From assembly GCA_973895155.1 (NCBI GenBank), contig OZ316895.1, positions 23,324,558 through 23,388,557 of the forward strand: a stretch of 64,000 nt of DNA, written 5' to 3'. Every line of letters begins with the position of its first letter. Position 1 is the stretch's first letter. The stretch comes from Marsupella aquatica. Lineage: Eukaryota > Plantae > Marchantiophyta. The notes below the pieces were generated by a model. It did not search any database. It saw only the letters and a program-made list of their open reading frames with translations, and was not told the DNA's origin. This document shows positions 14,701-26,111 of the stretch, piece by piece. The translations under genes and the position numbers were made by a program.

Positions 14701-16667
14701 AGACACCTGGAAAACCAAAGAGCCAAAAACGCAAGAATCCCAACAAGGTCAAACGATCCAAAGCACTACTGAGAGCAAGAAACTGAAAAACCTGGTGGCA
14801 TTATCCAGGTGGAGTTAATCTATATTTATCTTTCCTTTAAATCTATATTTATCTTTAAAAACAAGTTTTCTTATCATGAGAATCAACCACGTTATTTTAT
14901 TGTGTAGTCAACACGGACAGAGTTGGAGCTTGGAGCATCCTTGACCTGATCACGTTGAACCAGTCTTTTCTTAGACAACCCCAGCTAATAAATATTGTTG
15001 TCGTAATTAGGTTTGCTCAATAATTAAAAAATTTAATTGTTTTGGCGCCCAACAAAAAATCATGACATTCCAAAAACAAGGGTTACTGTAGGTGTCCCAG
15101 GCCTATGATAGCCTGAATAATCTTACATGAAGTCAAATGCCCTGGAAATTGTGTTTTCTGTTCAAATAGATATGAACACATGTTTTGGCTGTGTGTCTGC
15201 AGTATTACTGAAAAAGTAAATTATTGAGAAAACTTTTTGGGAAGGGAACTATATAGCTATATAGCTACAACTTGGCTATTTTAACTTATTGAAAAATATA
15301 TAAAAACTAAGATATACTATCATTGCTAAATTTATTGAAATACAAATTTCACATAAGATAATGGAAATATTGATAACTATAAAACTTACAATGATAAAGT
15401 GCATGGGAATTGAATGGCATCAAAAATCTCAAATTTTGTGCCCAGGACAAGGAGGCACGAGCCCAGAGGAGGTGGGGGGTCACGGAAAATTAGGGATGAG
15501 ACTCAAGATTGAGGCTAATCAATGCGATTAGCCCATACTAAGCTGCCCGTTGCCCACTTCCCGTGACGTCAGAATAAGGTTAAATACGGGGTGCAATGCA
15601 CTGTGGTCACCAGCTGCATATAGGCTGCATGGTTGAGGTGCTCAGTGGGGCAGGGGAGGTCTCGGGTTTGAATCCTGCAAGGAAAGGAAACTTTTATCAT
15701 TCACCCCACCCAAAAGTGGGGTTCATTCATACCCTCTTGACACTCAATTGTTTTTTGACTTGCCCGGGCTTGTATGCGTGCAGCTACTTACGGAGGCTCT
15801 TAATGAGCCTCGAGCTTGAGTTTCATCATGAATCACGGAAATGTCAGACTGATCTATGTGAGGTAGTGGTAGAGGAGTCCAGTTTGGATCTTGAGGTCAT
15901 GAGTTCAAATCAGGCACACAATTTCCTTTTCCCTTAAATTAATGGCAGAGAAAAGGTGGTAGAGAGATAAATAAAATTAAAAGGGGTTCAATCAATTTCT
16001 AAATTGAAAATAACAAATAGACCTGCAAAGAAACACATTATGACCAAGTACAAAGGTACTAAAGAGTTGTGCACATATAGTACAGATTTTCACTTGCTTC
16101 TAGGTAATGACAATCAACTCAATTAAAACCATAAGTTTTTTAAAAGAAACCATGAGGGGAACTTAGTACACCAAATGTGCACATAGTTCAAACTCATTTC
16201 TCTCATGAGGAAAAGATAATTCACTAAGGAGTAATTGAAAAGTAAAGATTAAACATTTAGCAGGGGAGCCAAATACATTCAAAATACTCTAAGTTCACTA
16301 AAATTAAAAGGGGTCCAAAAGTTAATTCAAAATCATATTAATACAAATGATTCACCTAGTTAAGGCACATTAAAATAAAAATACTGAACACAAAATCTAA
16401 ATAAGACAAAATCTGAAAGGTGGATTCACCATATAACATTCTCATCTTACTATAAAAGCGCAAACAAAGTCTACTCTTAAGGGCCTAGGGTCTAGGTGAA
16501 GCCTCTAGACCATAACACCAGTAGAGACAAAAGTGATCATGAATCTCAATTAAAAAACACTTAAAATGAGGATTAACAAAATAGCATGAAAATATTATTG
16601 TGCAAGATTTATTTTCTTCATATCTGTTTACGTTCAAGGAACGGGTTATCGGGCTAGTAATAACTTC

Positions 16668-17001
16668 ATGGGGAAGCCTAAATCCTAAGATACCTCTTCC
16701 TATTAGTGTCAAAAATCTAAGGAGTGTGGAAAACAAGCACTTGAAGATAAGTCACACCCTTCCCTTTTAGCTACAATTCACACTTTTGTTTCCTAAGTAT
16801 AGGGTGTTGAGTGACTTACGTTTGTCACTAACTAAAGTCATTATGAGACAAACATGAGAGGCCCACCACTTTTTTGAAAGGGATTTACAATATATCGCTT
16901 AAAAGCTAAACATTTGTCTACTAGAAAATTCCTTACAAAATTGCTATGTAGGGCCAATACTTTGTAAGGCCACAAGCAACTAGGAGAGGGCACAAGTACA
17001 A
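16668..17001. repeat. Dispersed ~330-bp repeat; direct copy at 22048-22361
   Basis: Colinear identity from ggggaagcctaaa... through aacaagcacttgaagataagtc...tagctacaattcacacttttgtttcct to ...gcaca(a/g)gtacaa. Confidence 0.8.
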
Positions 17002-17176
17002 TTGTGGAACTCGATTACCTTAACACTTAGCTCTGGCGTCGCTGACTCCAACGCCGAGCTCCCTTATGGTCCAGGCCCAGAACGGCCATCTGTGGAGGAC
17101 TTAGCATGGGGAGACTTGTGCGCAATGGGACGTGGACTGGCAATGGCAAGGCGCTAAGCTGGTGACACACAATAAG

Positions 17177-17519
17177 TGTTATGTATTTACTCAAGGTCTA
17201 GGGTTACGACATGTAACCGTAGTTAGGCTAACTGTAGTCAGAGACGTGGTTAGGTTAACTAGGATGCACACTATATGCCAAACGATGTTTCTTTGGATAA
17301 GTGAAACTTAGGCTCATTGTTATGGGGCCACTGGAGAGACGAGGAGAGCTTACACTGTGGAGACTTGTTATGGCCGACGGGCTTAGAGTTCAGTTGAGCT
17401 CTCTTGTGTGTTCCCGTGGACGTAGCCTCGAGGAGGTGAACCACGTATCTCTTGTGTCGACTATTTGCGCGTTGGATGTGTCATGTGCTTACCATTGCAA
17501 GTGTCGTCTATGCTCAATA
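17177..17519 (+). mobile_element. Degenerate solo LTR of the same family as 1900-2274
   Basis: Shares ttaggctaac, ttaggttaac and ttcccgtggacgtag...tgaaccacgta...ttgtgt(c/t)gacta with the reverse complement of 1900-2274. Starts tgtt and ends caata (probably from caaca). Flanks ataag/ctaag match at 4 of 5 positions. Confidence 0.5.
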
Positions 17520-18351
17520 CTAAGGACTTAGACTAGCAGAGGGTTGGTTGGGTCAAGAGGGAATGGGCCGGACTCAAGGTCGACCGTCCGGACCCCTAGA
17601 CAAACTTTGAGTTCTGAGGGCTTGAGTGAGAGCTCCTCTTGGGTCCAAGGCCAATGGAGTTTACTCCATGGGCAACGGATGCTTGGGACACGAGTTATAG
17701 CATGATCCAGGTTTGGCCAATTGGGGGTCCTCGGCGACAATGGGATCTGAGGGCCTACTTAGGCCTGAGCACCAAATTGGCTCAATCACAACGGGCTAAG
17801 GCACTCCACTTACGAACGCATAACTAGAAAGTTATGAGCATTGCCAGTTGGTGATGCTCCCAAACATGTGAGTTGGGGTCCAGGTAGGGGGCCAAAATTT
17901 GGGGACCAAAGTTTATCCTAGGGTGACAGGTCTCCAGAAGCATATATGAGGGGAGTGGTATCTCCTTGGAGGCTAAGAGCGAGCCAAAGTGAGCTATGGC
18001 AGTTGCAACACTAAGAGAAAATGCAAAACGGAAATGACGATAACTTTTCAACATTGTTATAGAAGCAGGTACAAACTTCAAAATTGCCTGAACCCTCAAG
18101 AACAGGGTGTTTTTCACTTGGATGGAGACCCTCATGATGAGGACAATAATTTCCTCAATCAATTTCCCAAACAACATTTTTTTCCAAAGGATTATGGCTG
18201 TACATAGAACAAGTGAGGAGATTGTGAAGCTTGCAAACTCCAATTCTGTCTCAAGATCACGTGCGTAGTCCTACCCTTCCACAGTTCCATAGTCCTACCC
18301 TTCCACAGTTCCATAAATTTCCAAACAATCTCTGCCAGATGCACAAGAACA

Positions 18352-18765
18352 ATATGATAAAGCAACAAGCACAAAGAAAGACAAGATTTGGCAAGACTTA
18401 CCTGAGTATGTAGAGAGGAGACCTTTCTTTCACCAACCAAAATAGAAACTAACAATGCATTGCAATCAGACAAATGTAGACGTTTATGAGTGCTAGTACT
18501 CCTCTGTTAAGACCTCAGATTGGAGGAATGGGGTAGCACTCTTTCTCTCTTGTGCATTACAGAGATTGAAACTGCAAGAATACACCATCCAACCAACAAA
18601 GGCCTGATTGTTGCATCACCACCCATTACATGTTCATGCAAAGCATAGAGTGCAGAATGTAACGAAATATGTAGCCCAAGGACTTCAAGAGTTTCTTTCT
18701 AACCAGTGGTAATTTCCAAAAACATTGCCAATAAAAAGCAGTTAATGGAAAACACTGATATATAT
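18352..18765. repeat. Dispersed repeat; inverted copy at 22860-23145
   Basis: e.g. tatgagtgctagtactcctctgttaagacctcagatt and ctgcaagaatacaccatccaaccaacaaag are reverse complements of sequence at 22890-23012. The 22.9-kb copy lacks ~130 bp internally. Confidence 0.8.
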
Positions 18766-19574
18766 ATTGGTTGACCCATTTGATGGGGGGGGGGGGGGGT
18801 TGGTCTGGTAATACCCTCGATCCATAATTTCAGTGACTCATAACGGTTTCATTGGAGAGATTAGAACTCAAGAGTTTTTTCCCCTACTGCCAACTTACGT
18901 CATCTGCTTCAATCTCGTTTAACTGTGAATACTGTGGGCACTTCGAAATGGAGAATGGAGCTGAGAGCTGTTCCTGTGGATTAGGTGATATGGTGTAACA
19001 TTTGGAAATCTTTTCGGGAAGAAATAATCTTTATGGCTTAGTGCCCATCGTGCTATTGCTACTAACCATTACATGATTGGAAGAAGATCAGAAAGGGTTG
19101 ATGTCAATGGTAGCATCATTCCTTTTTCCCGGTCAGATGAGATGTGGTGGTGCTAAAGGTGTGACTTGGGTGCCCATGAAGATTTGGTCCACTGTCTTTG
19201 GTTGTGTCCAGAGTCCAGTGAGATCTGGATTTGGCCGGAATAGAAAGCTTATGGAATTGACTGGTTCTGGATCTGGTTCTGGTAACTTTCATTTTGACGC
19301 GGTTCAGGCTCTTCTTGGGGCTCCTTCCTGGTAGACAAAGGGGGACTACCTCTCAAACAATGGCAAATCTTGAGAGGGGTGGCATTCTGGCAGATTTGGA
19401 AACGTACATCGCTGCACTTTGGAGAAGGAGAACGTGCACAATTTCCTGATTAAACAAGATCAAGTTTTGGCTGGAGATCAGATCATTACATATGAAAATT
19501 GCTTGGTTCCAGGATTCTTCTCGTCTGTCACTTTCTGGCCGGGTTCAGCAGGAGCTGATTGTTCGGCTTAGTAG

Positions 19575-21125
19575 AGACTCAACATAGTTATTGCCCTGGG
19601 TACTCTACTGAAGATAGGGGACCAGGTGACCACTTCATAAATATTGGGTACAGATTGATTACTGCAGTGCCTGACGAATCGGTTATTCTTCCCGGAGTTC
19701 AGTTTGCTTCGCAACAACGCGAGAGGATCGTCGCAATTAGTTCATGCCGTTTGTCGACCCTAAGAAGCCATCCTCGTTGCCCCGGCTCTTCTGTCACTAC
19801 GGCCATATTGCAAACACAGTTCGAAGAGACTGAGAAGATGGCACAAGCTCCGCGTTGGGAGGAGAGTTCAAGAACCCAACTCGGGTCTCTTGGCAGTAGT
19901 GCTCGACTTCATGAACGAAGCAGACGTGGGTATCTTCTCGGAACTTATGAGGTACTCTTATGGAGAGGTTCAGCCAAAGCAGTCTTGGCGAAGGGTCTCT
20001 TGTAAATTGATCATGTCCCTTTTACCGAGTGACTGAATAATTCGGGATCGACGACAGTAGAACAGTGGCTCCAACGGCTTCCATCTGAAAATTAAGTTTA
20101 GTATTACCAACTTTCCAGCGATTCCTGTGGGAAAGATAAAAAAAGGGAAATGAAATGATTCAGAAGGAGGTCAAGATCGAAAATCCGCATGGGAACCTAC
20201 AGGTCTAACAACCCACTTCTCTGCATCTGCCTGCAAATGGACTTACACAAGATGGGCAACCTCTTCTGGTACACTTTATATTTTTATTCCTAAAAAATCT
20301 TTTTGACTCCCGGTCAACATGACCCGCATTGTAGTACAGTACTCGTCAAATGTGGGCAGATCGAGGAGCAGTTTGGAGACCGAAAGTGCCTCTCTGTCGA
20401 TCGATATACTGTGTTGAGCTGTACTTTTCATATTGATGAAGCACTTGAATTCAGCCATGTCCACTGTAGCACTGATACGGTGTTGTTCCTCGATCATGTC
20501 AAAGCAACCATGGTGCGAGAGACTGATGCACCTACCTCGGAAAATAGAGTACCGTAGTGCTTGCACTACTCATCCGCGATTCAGTTTTGAGGAGGTTTCC
20601 TAAATCACTCAATTACGCAAAGAAAAATCCAACCAAATGCGCAATTGCATTATGCCCATCATTTCTCCACAGTGAAGGATCGTTTTATATATATGTTTCT
20701 CAACGCGGATCGATTAATAATCAATTTGCTTTTTTACTGCGCAAAAGACGTGCTCTATCTTTGCGTTGTTTTTAGTGTTACCAAGCACTACGGTTTCTAC
20801 ACAATCATCTTCAATCGCTCGCATGCTGAAAACATGTTGAAACCATACCGTTTGATCTTTCTCAGAGAATGAACGCTCTTAGTTTGCTGAAATGTCGGCT
20901 TCTCAGATCCTTCTTGCATGCTTAAACCCATGCGATGCTTTTTCGAAGCAAATGCTTCTCATTTAAGACCTCCAGACGGTGTAGAAGATTATAATGGTAC
21001 CTGGGACTTAATTAAATGCATGACGACATGATCATTCGATTACTTTCTGAAAAGTGAGTTCACTTAATTATCCTTCAGAAAACTGGACCCAACAAGCATT
21101 CGCATTTATTCTCTTTGTGCTGGTG
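19575..21125 (+). pseudogene. Copy 2 of the duplicated BTB/BACK-like segment, with a 676-bp internal deletion
   Basis: Colinear with 10925-13170. One frame reads EAILVAPALLSLRPYCKH...GLLAVVLDFMNEADVGIFSELMRYSYGEV (BTB-like). Lacks the equivalent of 11412-12087. Confidence 0.4.
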
Positions 21126-22047
21126 ATTTGAAGCAATTGTTGATGTTCAATCTTTGGTCAGTATTATTTTTGTCCAGTCATTCCATAGTTTGAATGCGCT
21201 GTCACCTAGTTTGGTCGTTGTAAGGCTGGAAATTCACTTTATAAAGACTTACACAAGAACAAAGGGGGTCACCCAGTTTGGTCTTTAAAACTCCATTATT
21301 TTATAAAAACTTACACAAGAACAAAAGGTGTCGATCATAAAGAGAGGGCTGATTGGGGCAAAAAGGTTTGGGGAGTTGATGAAGCAAAGTATCTCCAGGA
21401 GGGGGCCAATTAAACATATACCTCAGTTTACACTACATCTCACTCACCCCGTCTACCTGAGCCTGCACAGTCAACAACTACTCTTCATATATGTCAGTTG
21501 ATAGGTACACTTAATTCAACAATTTGCAAAAACACAGAATTGAGGATTTTCCCCCTCAAGCCAGTTTAGGGTTTAGAGGTTTCCCTTCATTGAAGCTATT
21601 TGTTTTTTTGCACCTTTAGGCTGTGGAGCCTACCTACTAGCCTGAATAGGAGTAGTTAATTACTAGCATTATCAGTTGTTTTTATTATATATGATTTGTC
21701 AAAATAATGTATTTTGACACACCTGAGTATCAAAATGGACATTGTAGTGCTACCTTGTAGGGGAGCCTACTCAGGTTATTTTGTCATAATGGAGATTTTT
21801 TGATATGCATTTTTGTTTCAATTTCATTATCTTAGTTTGAGAATGTGCATCCGGGCGTGCATCTTTTGTATTATAATTGGACTTTGAAATTCGGGTTGAC
21901 ATTGTATTTGACCCCCTTTTAATATTTTTAACTCTATTTTTCTTAACCCTCTGTTTATGTCTATATGTATTTGTCAATCTTGTACATCCTTTCCCTGGAA
22001 AATGTCATTATTTTTACCCATATAATCGAGGTATATTAGCTTAACAC

Positions 22048-22361
22048 GTGGGGAAGCCTAAACCCTGCCATACCTCTTCCCAGAATGTGAGAAATCTAAG
22101 GAATGTGAGAAACAAGCACTTGAAGATAAGTCTCACCCTTCCCTTTTTAGCTACAATTCACACTTTTGTTTCCTACGTATATGGTTTTGAGTGACTTATG
22201 TGTGTCGCTAACTAACAGAGACGAACATGAAAGGCCCATCACTTTTTTGAAAGGGATTTAAAATATATGTTTAGAAGGTAAACATTTGCCTACTAGAAAA
22301 TTGACATGTGGGGCCAATACTTTGTAAGGCCACAAGCAGCTAGAGGAGGGCACAGGTACAA
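22048..22361. repeat. Direct copy of the repeat at 16668-17001
   Basis: Colinear nucleotide identity, read directly. Confidence 0.8.
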
Positions 22362-22859
22362 AGTCACCCAAAAATAAGCACTCTTGCTTTAAGGTGGTTC
22401 AGGAAACTTCATCCCAACGCTAAAAGAACGATTAATTAATTATTCTTCTTAACACCAGAATCTTTTTGAGCGGGAACACTACAAGACAAGCTACTTACTT
22501 TTTTTTTGGGGGGGGGGGGGGTGGTGCAGAGAATCCTCACACCTTTACGCATCTTAAGGAAAACTGTTTTGTTGATTTAACTAGATACGATAATCCAAAA
22601 AACTTTTTACTGACCCCCATAGGAAGCTCCTTCCAAACTCCCTGTCTCCTCGTTGTAGCACATCAGCAATGTTGGTCATGAACAAGAAAGTCTAGTTATG
22701 CAAGAAAGACAAATCTAATGATTTGTGCTTGAGGCAAGGCAAAGAAAGACAATTGGACCTTCTAACTGTAAAACCAAATGAATGGGACAGGTAGGAGTGC
22801 AACTTCATATGAACAAAAGAAGACGTAAAAGAAAATGGTTGTTTGGATGTCATGTGATA

Positions 22860-23145
22860 GATATATCAGTGTTTTCCATTAAACTGCGACCAGGTCTTTG
22901 TTGGTTGGATGGTGTATTCTTGCAGTTTCTCTGTAATGCACAAGAGAAAAAGAGTGCTATCCCAAATGTTCCTCTAATCTGAGGTCTTAACAGAGGAGTA
23001 CTAGCACTCATAGAGGCGCACATTTGTTTGACTTCATTGCATTGCTAGTTTCTATTTTGTTGGGTAAAAGGAAGGACTCCTCTCTGTGCACTCAGATAAG
23101 TCTTCACCAATTCTTGTCGTTCTCTGTGCTTTTTGCTTTATCATA
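22860..23145. repeat. Inverted copy of the repeat at 18352-18765
   Basis: Reverse-complement identity, read directly. Confidence 0.8.
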
Positions 23146-24281
23146 TACCCTCCTCTCGCCCCACGCTATTTCCTCCCTCCATCGCAGATTAAAAAAAGAC
23201 AAACGCTGCTTCTTGGCCGTCTCAAATGGACCTCAAATGAATTTTCACGAATTTTTGATCTCATCCTAGAGTCCCTGCTCTAGTCCTTGCAAGTCATGTG
23301 TGTATCAAACTCCTTTGAAACAATTGAATGTCTGCTTGTGGAACTGACTGGACAGCATGAGATGATGAATCATCAATAAAAACTTTAGTCTCTATTCTTC
23401 GTGACAAACGTTGGTTTTGATCTCAAGGTGGGGTTCAGTCCTTGTTTCAATCCCTATCGACTGAAACCCAAAATCTGCTCCCAGTCATGTAATTTTCCTC
23501 CCCTCTAACTGACGTTGAATTTCTGCGGGTTGACGCTCTATTTCTCTTCCTGATCTCGAAGTTTACTATCCAACTGATACAAGGGAAGCGAATCGAGGAC
23601 TGACACCAAAAAGAGAAGGGACAGGATTTCTGTGAGAACTGAGAAGTGAGCTCACGGATACGTCCGGATCGAGCGTGCATGAGTGCAAACTTCAACGAGA
23701 TGACTTCGTAAGTGAGAGTACCCTGAGTACTTTCGGTTATATGAGTACGAAGTCGCTCTCTATTATCATAAGAATAACTTCACTTTCCACTTCTACATTT
23801 CTGATTCTGAGGACAGATTCATCGCATCATGAGCTCAAGGAAATTAATAGCAAGACGAGCGCTGTCCTCGACATCATTCTGCCAAACTTGTCGTACCCAG
23901 GGGGTGTCTTTAACGATGAGGGTTCTGTTTTCGTAAAAAGTGCCGCACACAAACGAATTCATTTGTCTATCTCACAGCCAGTTATGTGCCTGGGCTTGAT
24001 CCATTTGCAGAGTTGCAGACTCGATCGAATGTTTGAATATTGGGCTCCTTGACATGTTCAATCGAGTACCATTCTGTACCATGGTCTGCGACTGACAAGG
24101 TCGATCGAATCTGCAAATGGAACGTTGACTTTCGTCTTGGACATACATTGCTCAAATGAGGTTCTAGAATCGGAGCTACCGACCAGATTTGCACGTGATT
24201 TATGTGCATGTGGTAGTTTTGGACTTTTACTCGACCCTGCTGTTCGTTACTAATATCTAATTTAGTCCTAATATAGATGGA

Positions 24282-25998
24282 CTAGCTCAATACTAATACT
24301 TGTGCGTTGTACAAAAGTAGTCGTGTGGGTCAAGATGTCATTGAGAAAAATGATGTAGTGTCAGCCAAGAGATCGTGGAGAAAAAAGATGTAGTGTTGCC
24401 TAGGAGGTCGTGGAGAGAAAATATGTCGTGTTGCCCAAGAGGTTGTGGAGAGAAAAAATGTCATGTTGCCCAAGAGGTCGTTGAGAGAAACGATGTCATG
24501 TCGCCCAAGAGGTCGTTGAGAGTAAAGATGTCGTGTCGCCCAAGAGGTCATTGAGAGAAAAGAAGTTGTGTTGGTCAAGATGTCATTGAGAAAAAAAGAT
24601 GTTGTATTGGCCAAGAGGTCGTTGAAAGAAAATATGTAGTGTCAACCAAGAGGTCGTGGAGAAAAAAGATGTCTTGTCACCCAAGAGGTCATTGAGAAAA
24701 AAAGATGTCGTGTCGGCCAAGAAGACTTTGAGAAAAAAAGATGTCGTGTTGGCCAAGAGATCATTGAACAAAAAAATATCATGTCGGCCAAGAAGTCGTT
24801 GAGAAAAAAGACGTTGTGTCGGCCAAGATGTTGTTGAGAAAAATTGTCATGTTGGCGAAGATGTTGAGAAAAAAACGTCATGTCGGCCAAGACATCGTTC
24901 ACGGAAAATACCCGTGCGTTGCACAAAAGATATTGTTAAGAAATAAGATATTGTGTTGCCCAAGATGTTGTTAAGTGAAAGATGTCACAAAGTAAAAAGA
25001 TGTCTTCAGAAAAAGTAGTTTTGCCAAACATGCCATTGTGTGAAAGATGTTATTAAGAAAAATGTGTCATTTTGCCAAAGATATTGTGAAGTAAATGACG
25101 TTAAAAGAAAAATGGTGTTATTTCACCCAAGCTATGTTCTGTGAAAGATGTTATGAAATAAAAAATCAAGGAAACTAAGAAGGAGTGAGTCTTTTTCTCT
25201 GTTTTGTTTTTTTTACCCAAAATGCCCATGCATTTGAATGGCGACCACTATAAATTGGAGCAACGTTATATTATTGGTTTCAGAGTTAGTGTTTTAGGGT
25301 TTAGCAAAGATGACTATTCTCTCAATATCCTTTCAATCCCAATGCGTTGCATAATAGATGTTATCTGGTTAAAGATGTTGTTGAGAAATAGATCATACGT
25401 GGTGCAACAGATAATCGTTGAATAAAAATGATAATTGTTAAAATACATTATTACACAAAAACTTTTGTTGAGTGAAAGATATCATTGTGAAAAATAGAAA
25501 TTGGGGTTCATGCAAGATAACTAAAAATTAACTAATTTCCAAAGAGTTAAATCTCCTTTTTAAGAGCAAAAGCCAAAATAATATAATGTCAACTTACTCT
25601 CTTCCCCTTAGTGCTAGCTCCCTACCAAAACCATTATCTCAAGTAAATCTTTTCACTTTCATGCCCCATGCCAAATGTACTCTAAATTAATAGACCATAA
25701 AATAATATACTTACACTTTAATGCTCCATGTCAAAAAGTATTATAAGCAAGCTACAAAATAACTACAGTAGCACATGCAAGTACTCTATGATATATTATA
25801 TCTACCTTGTATTATAACTTACATACCTACCTTGTACTATAACTTACAGCCAATTTTAGGTTCCCATCTCACTCAATCCAAGAACCATAAATAATTCAAG
25901 CAAATCTCTGATGGCTTAGTTTTGTTCCCTCCTTTTCATTTTTGTAAGGGGACGAAGGACTAAAACTGGCGAGATTGGTTATTATAATAGATAGAAGA
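24282..25998 (-). mobile_element. Non-autonomous Helitron-like element with an internal minisatellite
   Basis: The minus strand begins A|TCttctatctattataat (25998) and ends ...ttgtacaacgcacaa(hairpin)gtattagtattgagCTAG|T (24282), i.e. TC...CTAG inserted in an AT site with no TSD. A second hairpin motif, cccgtgcgttgcac, is at 24911-24924. Confidence 0.65.
24320..25160. repeat. Minisatellite, ~37-40-bp units, about 20 copies that degrade towards the right
   Basis: Consensus ccaagaggtcgttgagaaaaaaagatgtcgtgtcgg. Confidence 0.85.
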
Positions 25999-26001
25999 TA
26001 C

Positions 26002-26111
26002 TGTTAGACTCTACCTTTGACCGGACGACCGGACCAGCCGGTCACCCTGGTCCCACTATATGTACTCCTATTCCCGACTATACACATGTTCATTCCATTC
26101 ATATTCTCACA
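26002..26111 (+). repeat. 5' LTR (110 bp)
   Basis: TG...CA; matches the 3' LTR apart from 6 substitutions and a 4-bp indel. Confidence 0.92.

Noticed and set aside
19559-20005. 148-aa ORF from the track
   Set aside because: The same frame is broken in the paralogous copy, and the more protein-like signal is in a different frame; treated as incidental.
24320-25160. Regular ~38-bp repeat array superficially like a CRISPR array
   Set aside because: Units are contiguous with no unique spacers, there are no cas genes, and the context is eukaryotic. It is a minisatellite inside a Helitron-like element.
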